Assembly: GCA_902594875.1 (NCBI GenBank)
Contig: CACJNU010000001.1
Location: forward strand, 57,468-121,467
DNA from: an uncultured Prochlorococcus sp.
GTDB lineage: Bacteria; Cyanobacteriota; Cyanobacteriia; PCC-6307; Cyanobiaceae
DNA length: 64,000 nt
Direction of reading: 5' to 3'
The notes below the pieces were generated by a model that made no database searches, had not been told where the DNA came from, and was given only the letters and a program-made list of their open reading frames with translations. Of this stretch, positions 1 through 9,909 are shown piece after piece (position 1 is the first letter of the stretch; every line of letters starts with the position of its first letter). The position numbers and the translations under genes are program-made.

Positions 1-1
1 A

Positions 2-805
2 ACTGCAAAGTTTGATTATATTTTTGAATTTGATGACTTAGAAAAAAAAGCAGATAAAATTGGATTCCCACTTTTACTCAAGCCTTTAATGAGCTCTTCA
101 GGAAAGGGACAGAGTTTGGTTGAAACAAAAAATGATTTACAAAATGCTTGGGAACAGGCACAAGCAAATTCAAGAGGAAAGGTTAAAGGTGTAATTATTG
201 AAGAATTTATTAATTTTGATTTTGAGTTTACTCTTCTAACTGTTAGAAAAGAAAAAGGTGAAAATATTTTTTGTTTACCAATTGGACATCTTCAATCTAA
301 TGGAGACTATCAATGTAGTTGGCAACCTATAGAGATCAAGGAGTCTTTAATTATTGAAGCTAAGAGAATGACAAGTAGAATATTAAATAACCTTAATGGA
401 GCTGGATTATACGGAGTAGAGTTTTTTGTAAAAGGAAGTGATGTTATATTTTCAGAACTTTCTCCAAGACCACACGACACTGGTATGGTTACATTAGTTA
501 GTCAAAATATTAATGAATTTGAATTACATTTAAGGGCATTTTTAAATTTACCAATACCGCACATAGATCTAATTGAACCCTCTGCATCAAGAGTTATTCT
601 CTCTAATCATGAGTATCTAAATCCTATTTATGAGGGTCTTAATGAAGCATTAGAATTTGAAAAGACTAAAGTGCTCATATTTGGTAAACCAGTTTCTAGA
701 AAAGGCAGAAGAATGGGTGTTGTTCTCTCATCAAATTCTGACATTAATTTGGCTAGAAAGTATGCAGATAAAGCTGCTCGTAAAATAAAAGTAAGTACTA
801 CATAA
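2..805 (+). CDS. purT: Formate-dependent phosphoribosylglycinamide formyltransferase 2 (5'-truncated by the window edge)
   Basis: Frame is open from nt 2. ATP-grasp motifs KPLMSSSGKGQS, ELSPRPHDTGMVT and FGKP..RRMGV are typical of PurT. Confidence 0.95.
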   Translation, partial: TAKFDYIFEFDDLEKKADKIGFPLLLKPLMSSSGKGQSLVETKNDLQNAWEQAQANSRGKVKGVIIEEFINFDFEFTLLTVRKEKGENIFCLPIGHLQSNGDYQCSWQPIEIKESLIIEAKRMTSRILNNLNGAGLYGVEFFVKGSDVIFSELSPRPHDTGMVTLVSQNINEFELHLRAFLNLPIPHIDLIEPSASRVILSNHEYLNPIYEGLNEALEFEKTKVLIFGKPVSRKGRRMGVVLSSNSDINLARKYADKAARKIKVSTT

Positions 806-898
806 ATATTAAATAAAAATAACGAAAAAAATACTTATTTCCTTTGTTTTTGTTCTTAGTCTATTTGGGTATTATTTGAGTATGTCCTCTATTTCACA

Positions 899-1099
899 AT
901 GATAGAAAATTATAAAGGTTGGGATATAACTTTAAATTGGGATAATAAAGATTATCTCGAGAGGGATATTACTAAAGGTAATTTTTTTAATCAAAAGGAA
1001 AAATGGATTGGTGTTCACTTAAATGGTGAAAAAATCTATGGTTCTTCCCTAAAAGAAATTAGGCATATTATTGATTATCCTAGTTTGCATGCAAAGTAG
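899..1099 (+). CDS. Hypothetical protein (66 aa)
   Basis: ATG-start ORF filling an intergenic gap; no recognised motif. Confidence 0.6.
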   Translation: MIENYKGWDITLNWDNKDYLERDITKGNFFNQKEKWIGVHLNGEKIYGSSLKEIRHIIDYPSLHAK

Positions 1100-1114
1100 T
1101 TTAAAAGATTATTT

Positions 1115-1276
1115 TTAATTATCCTGATTATTTTCATTATCTTCAATTAGTTCATTAGCGAGTTTTCTTAAATCTCCCTTAATCGAGACCCATGTAAAGG
1201 CGATTATAAAAATTGAAGCAGATATTGCAACAGTGATTTTTTCGACAGGTGACATTCCAAGTGCAATAGCAAACAT
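1115..1276 (-). CDS. Small single-TM protein (53 aa, MFAIALGMSPVEKITVAISASIFIIAFTWVSIKGDLRKLANELIEDNENNQDN)
   Basis: Translated by hand; below the ORF-track cutoff. One hydrophobic helix and an acidic tail. Confidence 0.7.
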   Translation of the reverse strand: MFAIALGMSPVEKITVAISASIFIIAFTWVSIKGDLRKLANELIEDNENNQDN

Positions 1277-1441
1277 TTCAAAACAAATACTAATTTTTTA
1301 TTATATTGAATTTTTTTAAATAGTTAGAATCAAATTTTTTTTTGCAATGATATTTAATTATTCAAAACATAAAAAATAAAATTTAAATTATTTATTTTAT
1401 TTATTGTTTCTGATTTCAATTTTATTCAGTAAAATTAGATT

Positions 1442-1660
1442 ATGAAAAAAAAAAAGTGCCCCCAATGTAAAAATTTAATTTTAATAACTTCCCCAACATG
1501 TTTATATTGTGGCAGACCTAATAAATTTATAACTAAAGAATACGTAAATAAAAAGTGGAATAAAGATAATAATAAAAATGTATTTGATTATATTATTATT
1601 AATAAGTATCTTGTATTTATTTTATTTTTAATATTTATAATTGTTATTATATTTAATTAA
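1442..1660 (+). CDS. Zinc-ribbon protein with C-terminal membrane anchor
   Basis: CPQC-x10-CLYC at the N-terminus; hydrophobic C-terminal stretch. Confidence 0.65.
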   Translation: MKKKKCPQCKNLILITSPTCLYCGRPNKFITKEYVNKKWNKDNNKNVFDYIIINKYLVFILFLIFIIVIIFN

Positions 1661-1674
1661 ATAACATCAATTAA

Positions 1675-4281
1675 TTACTTTATTATTGCATCTAATACTT
1701 CTTTAGTATTTGTTGATAGTTTATTTTTTTTAATCTGCTTTATTGTTTCTACCATATTACTTTTGTAAGGGTCTGAATAATAATTGTATCTACTAAATAC
1801 TTTTACAAAACGGGAAATTACGATTGGATTTAATTTATCAAAGTCAATTATCTTTTTTGCAATATATTTATAACCAGAACCATCCATTGCATGAAAAGTA
1901 CTATTGCTTGTTACGAAAGAATTTAATATAGCTCTTAAAGTGTTAGGTGATTTTGAATCAAAAAACTTATTTTCAAATAATTTTTCAATGCTGTTTGTTT
2001 TTTCATCAATTTCTATAGAAGCATTGAATGAGAACCAACTGTCCAAAACGACACTATTATTTTTCCATTTATTGAAGAATATATTTGAAATAGTTTTTCT
2101 TTCAGGACAATTAATCCTACTGAAAGAATTCAATGCAGCTTTTGCTAACGTCATCGAATTACTATCGACATAATTAATTATTTTGTATTTAATTTCCTCA
2201 TCATTACTGTGCAAGAGTAGTTTCCAAATAGTTTCGATTAGTTTTCTTTCATTTTTACCTTCTGGCCAAACTTGATCTAGATTTTTCTCAATTTCTAGGA
2301 GCTTAAAATATAATTCTTCTTTTAATTTAGTACCGAATAAATGATTTAATTCGTCAATAGTTTTATAAATCTTTAAAGGGTCTATATTTTTCATCTCTGA
2401 TTCAACTTCAGCAAATGTCGGAATACTTAGTAATTCTGATAAAAGGGATAAATTAATATCTTTATTTTTTATAAATGATATTAAGGTGCTTATTAATTTT
2501 TTTTCAATTTTATGAGCTGGTTTTTCATCTAATCTCCATAAAATGATTTTTTTATAAAATTCTTTTACAGTATTAGATAGTGTAAAAAAATCTTTTTCAT
2601 ATCTTAAGATTAAAAATTTTTCATCCAAGGTAGTGTCTGATTCCCACTCAACAGGTGAAGAGAATTCGCGAAAATAAGTTACCAAGGGAATTTGGAGTTT
2701 AGATCTTAAATTCCTAAAAATAAATTCTTGGTTTTTATTTGTTAAAACAACTGTTTTTTCTATTATGTTATTTTCACCGCAAAATATAGCCAGATTTATA
2801 GGAATTATTAGAGGTAAATCATTATATGGGTTCTTCTTTATTGGATTACTTTGAGAGACTTGAATTGTAAGTTTTTCTTCTATATGATCCCAAATTCTCT
2901 TTAATTTAACTTTTGGGGTGCCATTTTGCTTGTACCAGACTTTAAATTCTTTAGGATCGATTTCCTTATTCTGTTCCAAAATTTTATCGACAAATTGGTC
3001 TATTGTTGCTGCCTTCCCATCATATGTTGAGATGTAATTACTAAATCCTTTATAGAAATTTTCATCTTTTACAAGCTTATATAGCATTCTAATTATTTCT
3101 GAACCTTTTTCGTATATCGTGGTCGTATAGAAATTGTCTATTTCTTGATATTTATCTGGCATTACAGCATGCGATGTAGGACCAGAATCCTCTCTAAATT
3201 GATTTCTTCTAAGAAATTTTGCATCCTCAAGCCTTTTGATTTCATGATTATGAAGGTCTGCAGTAAATTGTTGATCTCTGAATACTGTTAAACCCTCTTT
3301 TAGAGATAATTGAAACCAATCCCTACAAGTTACTCTATTACCCGTCCAATTATGGAAGTACTCATGGGCGATCACACCTTCTATTCTTTCTAATTCCTCA
3401 TCAGTTGTTGTTTCAGAATTAGCGAGTATTAGTTTTGAGTTAAAAATATTGAGACTTTTATTTTCCATTGCGCCCATATTAAAGTGCCTGATTGCAACTA
3501 TATTGAACAATGACAAATCGTATTCAAGGTTATATTTATCTTCATCCCATCTCATGGATTTTTGTAACGAACTTATTGCATGTTGAACATATTTTTCATC
3601 ACCATACTCAACATAAATATTTATTTTTACTTTTTTATTCGATTTTGTTATGAAATTATCTTTTACACAATTAAGTTTACCGGCTACCAATGCAAATAGA
3701 TATGAGGGTTTTGGGTATGGGTCTTCCCAAATTATTTCATGTCGATTATTTGTTAGATCATTTTCTTTTACGATGTTACCATTTGAAAGTAAGACAGGAT
3801 AATCATTTTTATCAGCTTCAATTCTCACAGTGTATTTGCTTAGAATATCAGGTCTATCAGAGTGAAAACTTATTCTTCTAAATCCCTCTGCCTCACATTG
3901 CGTAGTTATAATTCCATTACTCTCATACATTCCTAAAAGTGATGTATTTTCCTTTGGTTTAATTATTCCTTCTATTTTTAATAAAAAATTATCTTTATTT
4001 ATATTTTTAATTTTTAAGTGATTTTTTTGCTGTTTGTAGTATTCCTTTTCTAGTAATGAGTCATCTATAAATATTTTTTTTATTAATATATCCGTACCAT
4101 CAAGAATAAGGTTTCTGGTATTCTTATTTTTTTTTTCCAATTTTAGTTTGGTCTTAACATAAACAGCATTTTTATTAATTACGAAGTCCAAAAAGATTTC
4201 TGGAATTTCATAATCAAAAACTTTGTAATCTTTAAGTTTCACATATCTTGAAATACTTTTTTGGTTTTTTGGCTTGTCCAT
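1675..4281 (-). CDS. pepN: Aminopeptidase N (M1 family)
   Basis: GAMEN motif, HEYFH-x18-E zinc motif, TQCEAEGFRRI, NFYTTTIYEKG. Confidence 0.97.
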   Translation of the reverse strand: MDKPKNQKSISRYVKLKDYKVFDYEIPEIFLDFVINKNAVYVKTKLKLEKKNKNTRNLILDGTDILIKKIFIDDSLLEKEYYKQQKNHLKIKNINKDNFLLKIEGIIKPKENTSLLGMYESNGIITTQCEAEGFRRISFHSDRPDILSKYTVRIEADKNDYPVLLSNGNIVKENDLTNNRHEIIWEDPYPKPSYLFALVAGKLNCVKDNFITKSNKKVKINIYVEYGDEKYVQHAISSLQKSMRWDEDKYNLEYDLSLFNIVAIRHFNMGAMENKSLNIFNSKLILANSETTTDEELERIEGVIAHEYFHNWTGNRVTCRDWFQLSLKEGLTVFRDQQFTADLHNHEIKRLEDAKFLRRNQFREDSGPTSHAVMPDKYQEIDNFYTTTIYEKGSEIIRMLYKLVKDENFYKGFSNYISTYDGKAATIDQFVDKILEQNKEIDPKEFKVWYKQNGTPKVKLKRIWDHIEEKLTIQVSQSNPIKKNPYNDLPLIIPINLAIFCGENNIIEKTVVLTNKNQEFIFRNLRSKLQIPLVTYFREFSSPVEWESDTTLDEKFLILRYEKDFFTLSNTVKEFYKKIILWRLDEKPAHKIEKKLISTLISFIKNKDINLSLLSELLSIPTFAEVESEMKNIDPLKIYKTIDELNHLFGTKLKEELYFKLLEIEKNLDQVWPEGKNERKLIETIWKLLLHSNDEEIKYKIINYVDSNSMTLAKAALNSFSRINCPERKTISNIFFNKWKNNSVVLDSWFSFNASIEIDEKTNSIEKLFENKFFDSKSPNTLRAILNSFVTSNSTFHAMDGSGYKYIAKKIIDFDKLNPIVISRFVKVFSRYNYYSDPYKSNMVETIKQIKKNKLSTNTKEVLDAIIK

Positions 4282-4329
4282 CTTTAATATATTTTAGTTA
4301 TTGAATTATCTAGGATACTTGTCTTGTAA

Positions 4330-4614
4330 TTATAAGTTTGACCTATTATCTTCTGCTTCACAAGAATGAATTTTAATTTTTCCAGAAGGAAGTAGTTCGT
4401 ATAAAGAAGGATTATTAATATTGGGCGATCCGTCCTTATTGAATTGGTACCTCCAGTCCCATTTTTTATCTGTAAATGAAATGTAATCTTTCCTTAAAGA
4501 ATATGGAAGCATAAGATTTTTTTTATTCCAATTAATATTAATAAATGCTCCCGGCTTTAACTCAGATATCTTTTCTATTATGGAAAAGTCGCCATTAAAA
4601 TTATTTCTCATCAC
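4330..4614 (-). CDS. Hypothetical protein
   Basis: 94-aa ORF co-oriented with pepN; contains FTDKKWDWRY. Confidence 0.7.
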   Translation of the reverse strand: MMRNNFNGDFSIIEKISELKPGAFININWNKKNLMLPYSLRKDYISFTDKKWDWRYQFNKDGSPNINNPSLYELLPSGKIKIHSCEAEDNRSNL

Positions 4615-4764
4615 AAGATTAAGCTTTGAATTTTCACATACATAGCTATTATTTAAAGCTAAAAAAAGTATTGAGGTAATAAAAAATGAATGAATTTTTT
4701 TACTCCTTTTAAAATAAATGTACTTTCAATTTAAATAACTAAATGAATGATCTATTAAATAAAT

Positions 4765-5487
4765 TTAAATCATAATAGATTGCATACTCTTTAAATCTAC
4801 AAGATTACAATTTAATTCCTCTTCATAATCCTGAACTGAAATTAAATTATTTAAAAAACCTGAATATTTTGCTTCTCCGCCCACGGTACTTGAAAGTATA
4901 TATTTTGGATTGAATTTGTTAATCAATTTAGGTATCACATCAGCACCTTTTACAAAAGGACCTACTACAGGTAATTTTAAATTTTTTGTAGGAGTAATGA
5001 CTGCATCAAGATTTTGTTTGCTTAAATTTTCATCAAGATATCCATGGGGTTCTATATAAAACCCATTATCTTGATCGTCTTTAACAATATATCCGTTTTC
5101 TATTTGTGGTACTGGAGCCCCAGCAGTAGCTTCAAAACTTAAATTAAATTGAATAACCTTTTCAGTTGGCTTAAGCATTTTAATTGCACTAAAACCAATT
5201 TTTTCTAATGTTTCAACAGCACTTTTAGGACAAATTATAGGAATATCCTTTCTGAACATTTCTAATGTTGGAATATGACAGTGGTCAGGTAATCCTTGGG
5301 TTAATAAAATAATATCTATTTTTTTATCTAATGAAATTTCTTCTTCTAATGATCCTTTAAAAAACCACTCACCTGGAGGAAAGATTAGATCTCCCTTAAG
5401 CCAAGGATCAATAATTAAATTGGTTTTTATAAATTTTATAAACCAACCATTTGACCCAAGGTAGGTCGCTTCAAAAGCCATTATCAA
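4765..5487 (-). CDS. Metallo-beta-lactamase fold hydrolase
   Basis: YLGSNGW, IIDPWL and LLTQGLPDHCH, a variant of the MBL metal-binding motif. Confidence 0.85.
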   Translation of the reverse strand: MIMAFEATYLGSNGWFIKFIKTNLIIDPWLKGDLIFPPGEWFFKGSLEEEISLDKKIDIILLTQGLPDHCHIPTLEMFRKDIPIICPKSAVETLEKIGFSAIKMLKPTEKVIQFNLSFEATAGAPVPQIENGYIVKDDQDNGFYIEPHGYLDENLSKQNLDAVITPTKNLKLPVVGPFVKGADVIPKLINKFNPKYILSSTVGGEAKYSGFLNNLISVQDYEEELNCNLVDLKSMQSIMI

Positions 5488-5547
5488 TTAATTATTTTAC
5501 TAGACTATAGGATAATTTTGGCTTTATCGAGAAGTTACTAATTTGTA

Positions 5548-5850
5548 TTAGTTTGCTTCATTTAAAATTTGAAATGACTTTCTTTTTAGATTAAATATTA
5601 AAACTTGTTTATCTTTATAACTAATTTTAAAGTTTTCTTTTTCTAGCATTTGTATTGGTATTAGAGCTAATCCTCCTGTTCCTGAAAATATGATTGGCAT
5701 GGTGCTATTTTTAGTCCCATGCATTTTTTGTAAGTCAATAGCTTGGGAAATTATTTTTCTGGCTTTGTCAAATCCGTAATCTTCTATTAATTTTGGCCAT
5801 AAAAAATTAACTGATTCATATTTCGAAAACTCAATTTGTACTGTTTTCAT
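5548..5850 (-). CDS. Hypothetical protein
   Basis: 100-aa ORF in a co-oriented run; contains FSGTGGLALIP. Confidence 0.7.
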   Translation of the reverse strand: MKTVQIEFSKYESVNFLWPKLIEDYGFDKARKIISQAIDLQKMHGTKNSTMPIIFSGTGGLALIPIQMLEKENFKISYKDKQVLIFNLKRKSFQILNEAN

Positions 5851-5895
5851 TAAAAAATAATATATATGTAGTGATTAATTAATAAAGATATAAAC

Positions 5896-6081
5896 TTAAT
5901 TGCTATTTTTAAACCTATCCATGACTAGTTGCAACATATCCACTACATCACCATCAGTTAAATTTAAATCCTTCTTTAAATCATTGCAAGTTAAATTCAT
6001 TTCAAGTGCTGCTTCAGCCATATGATTAACTTTTGGGTTATCACCGCCTAATGAGATAAAGGGATTGAAATTTTCTATCAT
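5896..6081 (-). CDS. Hypothetical protein (61 aa)
   Basis: ATG-start ORF in a co-oriented run. Confidence 0.6.
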   Translation of the reverse strand: MIENFNPFISLGGDNPKVNHMAEAALEMNLTCNDLKKDLNLTDGDVVDMLQLVMDRFKNSN

Positions 6082-6188
6082 TTAATACTCGTTGTTACCA
6101 TCTAGTTCTAGCTAAGAAATAAACAATTATCATTTATTGATACAGAAGCTTATAAATATGTTATTTAATATTCATAAAGTTTTTATTT

Positions 6189-6569
6189 TTAAACTAAAGA
6201 TATTGATATTCCTTTTGATATCAATGCGAATCTTCTAGCTCTGACTAGGAAAGGAAATATCAAATTTGTTCGTTTATTTGATTTAAACACTCTAGAAAGT
6301 AACAAAAGTAAATTACTTGAGGGATTATTTATCTGTTTGCAAATAGTATTAATTGCATCTGCCCCATGAAAGATATCTTCATCTTTCAGGAGAATAGCTC
6401 CTTTATCTAGATCATAACCTTTCTCTAATAGGGATTTAATTAGAGTTAAATTTTTACGACCATCAAGAATTTTAATATTATTTATCTTGCTTTTGATCTC
6501 AAGGAGCTCAGCAAAATGATTACAGAATGGGCATTCTCCATCATAAATAAAGGTATAGTTGGGAGTCAT
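6189..6569 (-). CDS. DCC1-like thiol-disulfide oxidoreductase (DUF393)
   Basis: N-terminal YDGECPFC (DxxCxxC) and later HGADAI. Confidence 0.88.
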   Translation of the reverse strand: MTPNYTFIYDGECPFCNHFAELLEIKSKINNIKILDGRKNLTLIKSLLEKGYDLDKGAILLKDEDIFHGADAINTICKQINNPSSNLLLLLSRVFKSNKRTNLIFPFLVRARRFALISKGISISLV

Positions 6570-6771
6570 TAGAACAAAAAGTTTCGATGGTCTAAAAGAG
6601 CACCAGTATAATAGTAATGATTTGATAATAAAATAAATAATAAAAATTTTGTGGATTTTTTATAAATGGATAGTTAAACGATTCTAATAATTACGAAGAA
6701 ATGTCTCAATATAGGTATATTTTTCATAAAAATCTGTATGCTAGCTCGGAGATATCTATGTTTTTAAAATC

Positions 6772-6909
6772 ATGAATTTATTAGCTTCTTTTGCTATAGG
6801 TGGTTTTGTTCCTTCTGCCGCTTACGTTGGAATTGGATCTATGGTTCTTTTTGCACTACTTTGGATTATTGTTGGTCCAAACTATAGTAAATTAGATCCT
6901 GATCAATAA
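6772..6909 (+). CDS. Small single-TM protein (45 aa, MNLLASFAIGGFVPSAAYVGIGSMVLFALLWIIVGPNYSKLDPDQ)
   Basis: Translated by hand; followed closely by an intrinsic terminator. Confidence 0.75.
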   Translation: MNLLASFAIGGFVPSAAYVGIGSMVLFALLWIIVGPNYSKLDPDQ

Positions 6910-6933
6910 ATTATCAGATTTAATTTAGATTAT

Positions 6934-6958
6934 AAAAGACTCATTTGAGTCTTTTTTT
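6934..6958 (+). terminator. Rho-independent terminator, possibly bidirectional
   Basis: AAAAGACTC-ATTT-GAGTCTTTTTTT: hairpin plus T7 tract, 24 nt after the stop at 6909. Confidence 0.8.
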
Positions 6959-7014
6959 ATGCGGTTTTTTAAATTTATTTTTAGAATCAAAGTAAATTAC
7001 TTTCCGCCAAAGAA

Positions 7015-7284
7015 ATGTTGTTAAATCCTTTTACCCCATTTACTTTTTTGAAGATCTCTTCTCTTAAAGCCACAATTGTTTTTTTATCAATACTTTTAAT
7101 TAAATCAAATTTGCTTAGATTAAAAGGGGGACTAATAGGAGGTCTTTTTGCCTTGATACTCATATCCGGGATTTTTGCATCTAGTACGATAGCTTTAGGA
7201 TCTTTAGTTTATGCTTATCGATTAAAAAAGAAATCTAATTCTGATGATAATCAAATGCAGGATTTAGAAACTGTTAATGTTTAG
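7015..7284 (+). CDS. Hypothetical membrane protein (start uncertain)
   Basis: Hydrophobic GGLIGGLFALILISGIFASSTIALG segment. Confidence 0.55.
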   Translation: MLLNPFTPFTFLKISSLKATIVFLSILLIKSNLLRLKGGLIGGLFALILISGIFASSTIALGSLVYAYRLKKKSNSDDNQMQDLETVNV

Positions 7285-7316
7285 GATATTTTGTATATCA
7301 AGTTCAGTTGGATAAC

Positions 7317-7433
7317 CTAAAATGGAGTTCCAGGTACAAAATGCAAGACTAAAAATCCAAAACCGGCAGCAAAAATTATAGATACTGCGATGATAAGAAG
7401 GCCTGATGCCATCCCCCCTTCGTTAAACGCCAT
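7317..7433 (-). CDS. Small single-TM protein (38 aa, MAFNEGGMASGLLIIAVSIIFAAGFGFLVLHFVPGTPF)
   Basis: Translated by hand; GC content above the flanks; one TM helix. Confidence 0.7.
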   Translation of the reverse strand: MAFNEGGMASGLLIIAVSIIFAAGFGFLVLHFVPGTPF

Positions 7434-7503
7434 TTAGTTAGTTATTTTTAAATTAATAATAGAACATATTTGTTCCAAGATAATAGTTCTAAATACTCAT
7501 ATA

Positions 7504-7683
7504 TCATCCAAATCTATTATTAATAGTGAATAAAAGTAAAAAGATAGAAGTTAATGAGATTATGAAACCAAATATTATTAATGGTTTAGATTTGACGTTT
7601 TCTTCTTTCTTGAGCTTATTTTTTGAAGAAGAAAAACTTCTATCATTTTTTTTATAAATAAGATTGGAAAAAGGTTTAATCAC
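7504..7683 (-). CDS. Small tail-anchored protein (59 aa, GTG start)
   Basis: Hand translation VIKPFSNLIYKKNDRSFSSSKNKLKKEENVKSKPLIIFGFIISLTSIFLLLFTINNRFG: basic N-terminus and a C-terminal TM. Confidence 0.55.
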   Translation of the reverse strand: MIKPFSNLIYKKNDRSFSSSKNKLKKEENVKSKPLIIFGFIISLTSIFLLLFTINNRFG

Positions 7684-7706
7684 GATAAATTTTAGATTTA
7701 AGCTAA

Positions 7707-8024
7707 TTACCCTAAAGTTTTGAACAAATCTTTATGGTAATCGACAACATTTTGACAACTTATTACAGGTGTAAATTCCATATGAATGCCAAATTTGGCT
7801 CTCCATGGAGCAAAATGCTCAAAAATTTCTTTATCACTCTCTGCCTTACATAAACAAACTACTCTACCCTCCCCTGGAGCATGAACTCTAAATAACATCT
7901 CAAATTTATCTGTTTTATCTGATTTTGCAATTTCACCGTTTTCCCAAGTTTCTACAAATAATTTATAAGCTTTCACTTGATTCTCAATATCTGGAAATTG
8001 GCAGTCAGCAAGAAATAATTGCAT
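7707..8024 (-). CDS. DUF3303 family protein
   Basis: MQLFLADCQF...FRVHAPGEGRVVCLC...HFAPWRAKFG. Start at MQLF preferred over the 8051 ATG. Confidence 0.8.
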   Translation of the reverse strand: MQLFLADCQFPDIENQVKAYKLFVETWENGEIAKSDKTDKFEMLFRVHAPGEGRVVCLCKAESDKEIFEHFAPWRAKFGIHMEFTPVISCQNVVDYHKDLFKTLG

Positions 8025-8117
8025 TGGAGTATTCCTAAAAGTTTTATTCATTATCCCTCAAATAATTATTTATTAATGGGACTGTTTGAATTTGAAGATC
8101 AGAAAAAAAATATTTTC

Positions 8118-8279
8118 TTAAATAAAGTGAGAAGATAAAGTCTCAAGGAATTTCCCAATATCTTTTTTATATAAATTATCTGTGATTTTTAAAGAGAATA
8201 ATTCATAATCATTTATATCTTTTTTTTTATCAAAATTAATATTTCTTTTTAATGAAATATTTTTCATGATTTTATTCAT
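8118..8279 (-). CDS. Small hypothetical protein (53 aa)
   Basis: Hand translation MNKIMKNISLKRNINFDKKKDINDYELFSLKITDNLYKKDIGKFLETLSSHFI. Confidence 0.5.
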   Translation of the reverse strand: MNKIMKNISLKRNINFDKKKDINDYELFSLKITDNLYKKDIGKFLETLSSHFI

Positions 8280-8385
8280 CACTATTTAAAATTTAAACAA
8301 ATATATGTAAAATACAAATTTCTTTACATTATGTTTTTTATTAGAGAAATTTCAAAGGCTAATAATAGTTAATAATTAATTCATT

Positions 8386-8709
8386 TTAAGAGTTAATTAA
8401 TTTTCCTAGGATGTATAAAAAAGAGTTAGTTAAAGAAAAAATTACAGTTAATAGAGATGCAATAACGGGTAATAAATTAAACCATAATTGCGAAGTAGTC
8501 ATTTTTGAATCAATAGGCAGAAAATTATTCCTTTTTTTAATTCTTATTTGTAACCAAAAAATAGATAATGGATAAATAATTCTTGAGAAAGTAATTATTA
8601 ATGAAGGCAAAAATCCTTTGTTTGAATATAGTATAAATCCTGAAAAAAAGTATAACGCCCAAATTAGAACCCTTTGAATCAGAATTAATTCCTTGCTTTT
8701 GCCAGACAT
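8386..8709 (-). CDS. Hypothetical membrane protein (~3 TM)
   Basis: Hydrophobic helices; 6 nt downstream of the GNAT gene. Confidence 0.7.
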   Translation of the reverse strand: MSGKSKELILIQRVLIWALYFFSGFILYSNKGFLPSLIITFSRIIYPLSIFWLQIRIKKRNNFLPIDSKMTTSQLWFNLLPVIASLLTVIFSLTNSFLYILGKLINS

Positions 8710-8715
8710 TATTAA

Positions 8716-9192
8716 TTAATTAATTTTTATAATTTTAGTCATTTTATATCTTTCAAATAAAATGTTATTTATAATGACTTTTTCTTTACGTATAATTTTC
8801 CATTCATTTTTAAGAAATAATTCATAACTTATTAAGCTCGCTTCAGTATAAAGAAAATCTAAACCTTCTTTCTTTGCTTCATTTTCTAATTTATGAAGTA
8901 ACTTAGCGCCGTAGCCTTTTCTTTGGAATTTACCTTTACAGTAAAATAGCGCAATTCTATCGGTGGGATATCTTGTGGCAAAAGCAATAATAATTCCTTG
9001 TTTACTTATAAGCCATCCTTTTCCTTTAATTATTGACTTAACAAAATTTGGGTTATTCCAAGCTTGGCTTGACCAGGCTCTTTTTTGTTCTTGACTATAA
9101 ATTTTTTCATCTAATGATTGAATCGAATCAAAATAAACCTTCTTTAATTCCAGTTGATCTTTAATGGTAATTTGTCTTAAATTCATATACAA
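8716..9192 (-). CDS. GNAT family N-acetyltransferase
   Basis: FQRKGYGAKLL acetyl-CoA motif A; TEASLISYELF resembles YafP-type GNATs. Confidence 0.9.
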   Translation of the reverse strand: MYMNLRQITIKDQLELKKVYFDSIQSLDEKIYSQEQKRAWSSQAWNNPNFVKSIIKGKGWLISKQGIIIAFATRYPTDRIALFYCKGKFQRKGYGAKLLHKLENEAKKEGLDFLYTEASLISYELFLKNEWKIIRKEKVIINNILFERYKMTKIIKIN

Positions 9193-9206
9193 ATCTTTTA
9201 TTTAAT

Positions 9207-9887
9207 ATGCCTAGTAAAAATATAGTCGCAATTGGGGGAGGAGGGTTTGGACGTTCATTGGGTTCTCTTGAAATTGAAAAGTATATAGTTTCTTTAAGTA
9301 ATAAAAAAAGACCTAAAATTTGCTTTATTCCCACAGCATCTGGAGATAGTAGTTTGTATAAACTAAATTTTTATAGAGCATTTTCTAAACTTGATTGTGT
9401 AACAAGTCATATTGATTTCTTCTCTAGAACAGAAAACTTAGAAGAGAAAGTTTTAACACAAGACATCATTTATGTCGGCGGAGGAAATACAAAAAGTATG
9501 TTAGCTGTTTGGAAAGAATGGAATTTACATAAAATTTTGCGAAATGCTTATGAAAAAGGAATTGTAATGAGTGGTGTAAGTGCTGGGGCAATTTGTTGGT
9601 TTGATAAAGGTATAACAGATTCTTATGCTGTAGAGTTAGCAATAATTGATTGCTTAGGCATAGTTGAAGGTATTGCCTGCCCGCATTTTGATGAAGAGAA
9701 AGAAAGGGAACCTTACGTTAATGATGTTGTTCAGAGAGAAATTATTGAATCTTGTATATGTATTGAGGGCAATTGCGCATTGCATATTAAAAATGATTTT
9801 GACTATTCCTCAATTGATTTTGGTAATGGTAGAAATTGTTTTAAAGTCACAAAGGAAAATAATATTGTAAAGAAAGAAATTCTTTGA
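9207..9887 (+). CDS. pepE: Peptidase E (S51, alpha-aspartyl dipeptidase family)
   Basis: FIPTAS, YVGGGNT, nucleophile elbow GVSAGA and CPHF histidine. Confidence 0.88.
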   Translation: MPSKNIVAIGGGGFGRSLGSLEIEKYIVSLSNKKRPKICFIPTASGDSSLYKLNFYRAFSKLDCVTSHIDFFSRTENLEEKVLTQDIIYVGGGNTKSMLAVWKEWNLHKILRNAYEKGIVMSGVSAGAICWFDKGITDSYAVELAIIDCLGIVEGIACPHFDEEKEREPYVNDVVQREIIESCICIEGNCALHIKNDFDYSSIDFGNGRNCFKVTKENNIVKKEIL

Positions 9888-9909
9888 AAAGAAAATATTT
9901 TTATATATC

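Noticed and set aside
6128-6144. TATCA-N5-TGATA inverted repeat upstream of the 5896-6081 ORF
   Set aside because: Short AT-rich arms are expected by chance, and it does not match NtcA GTA-N8-TAC.
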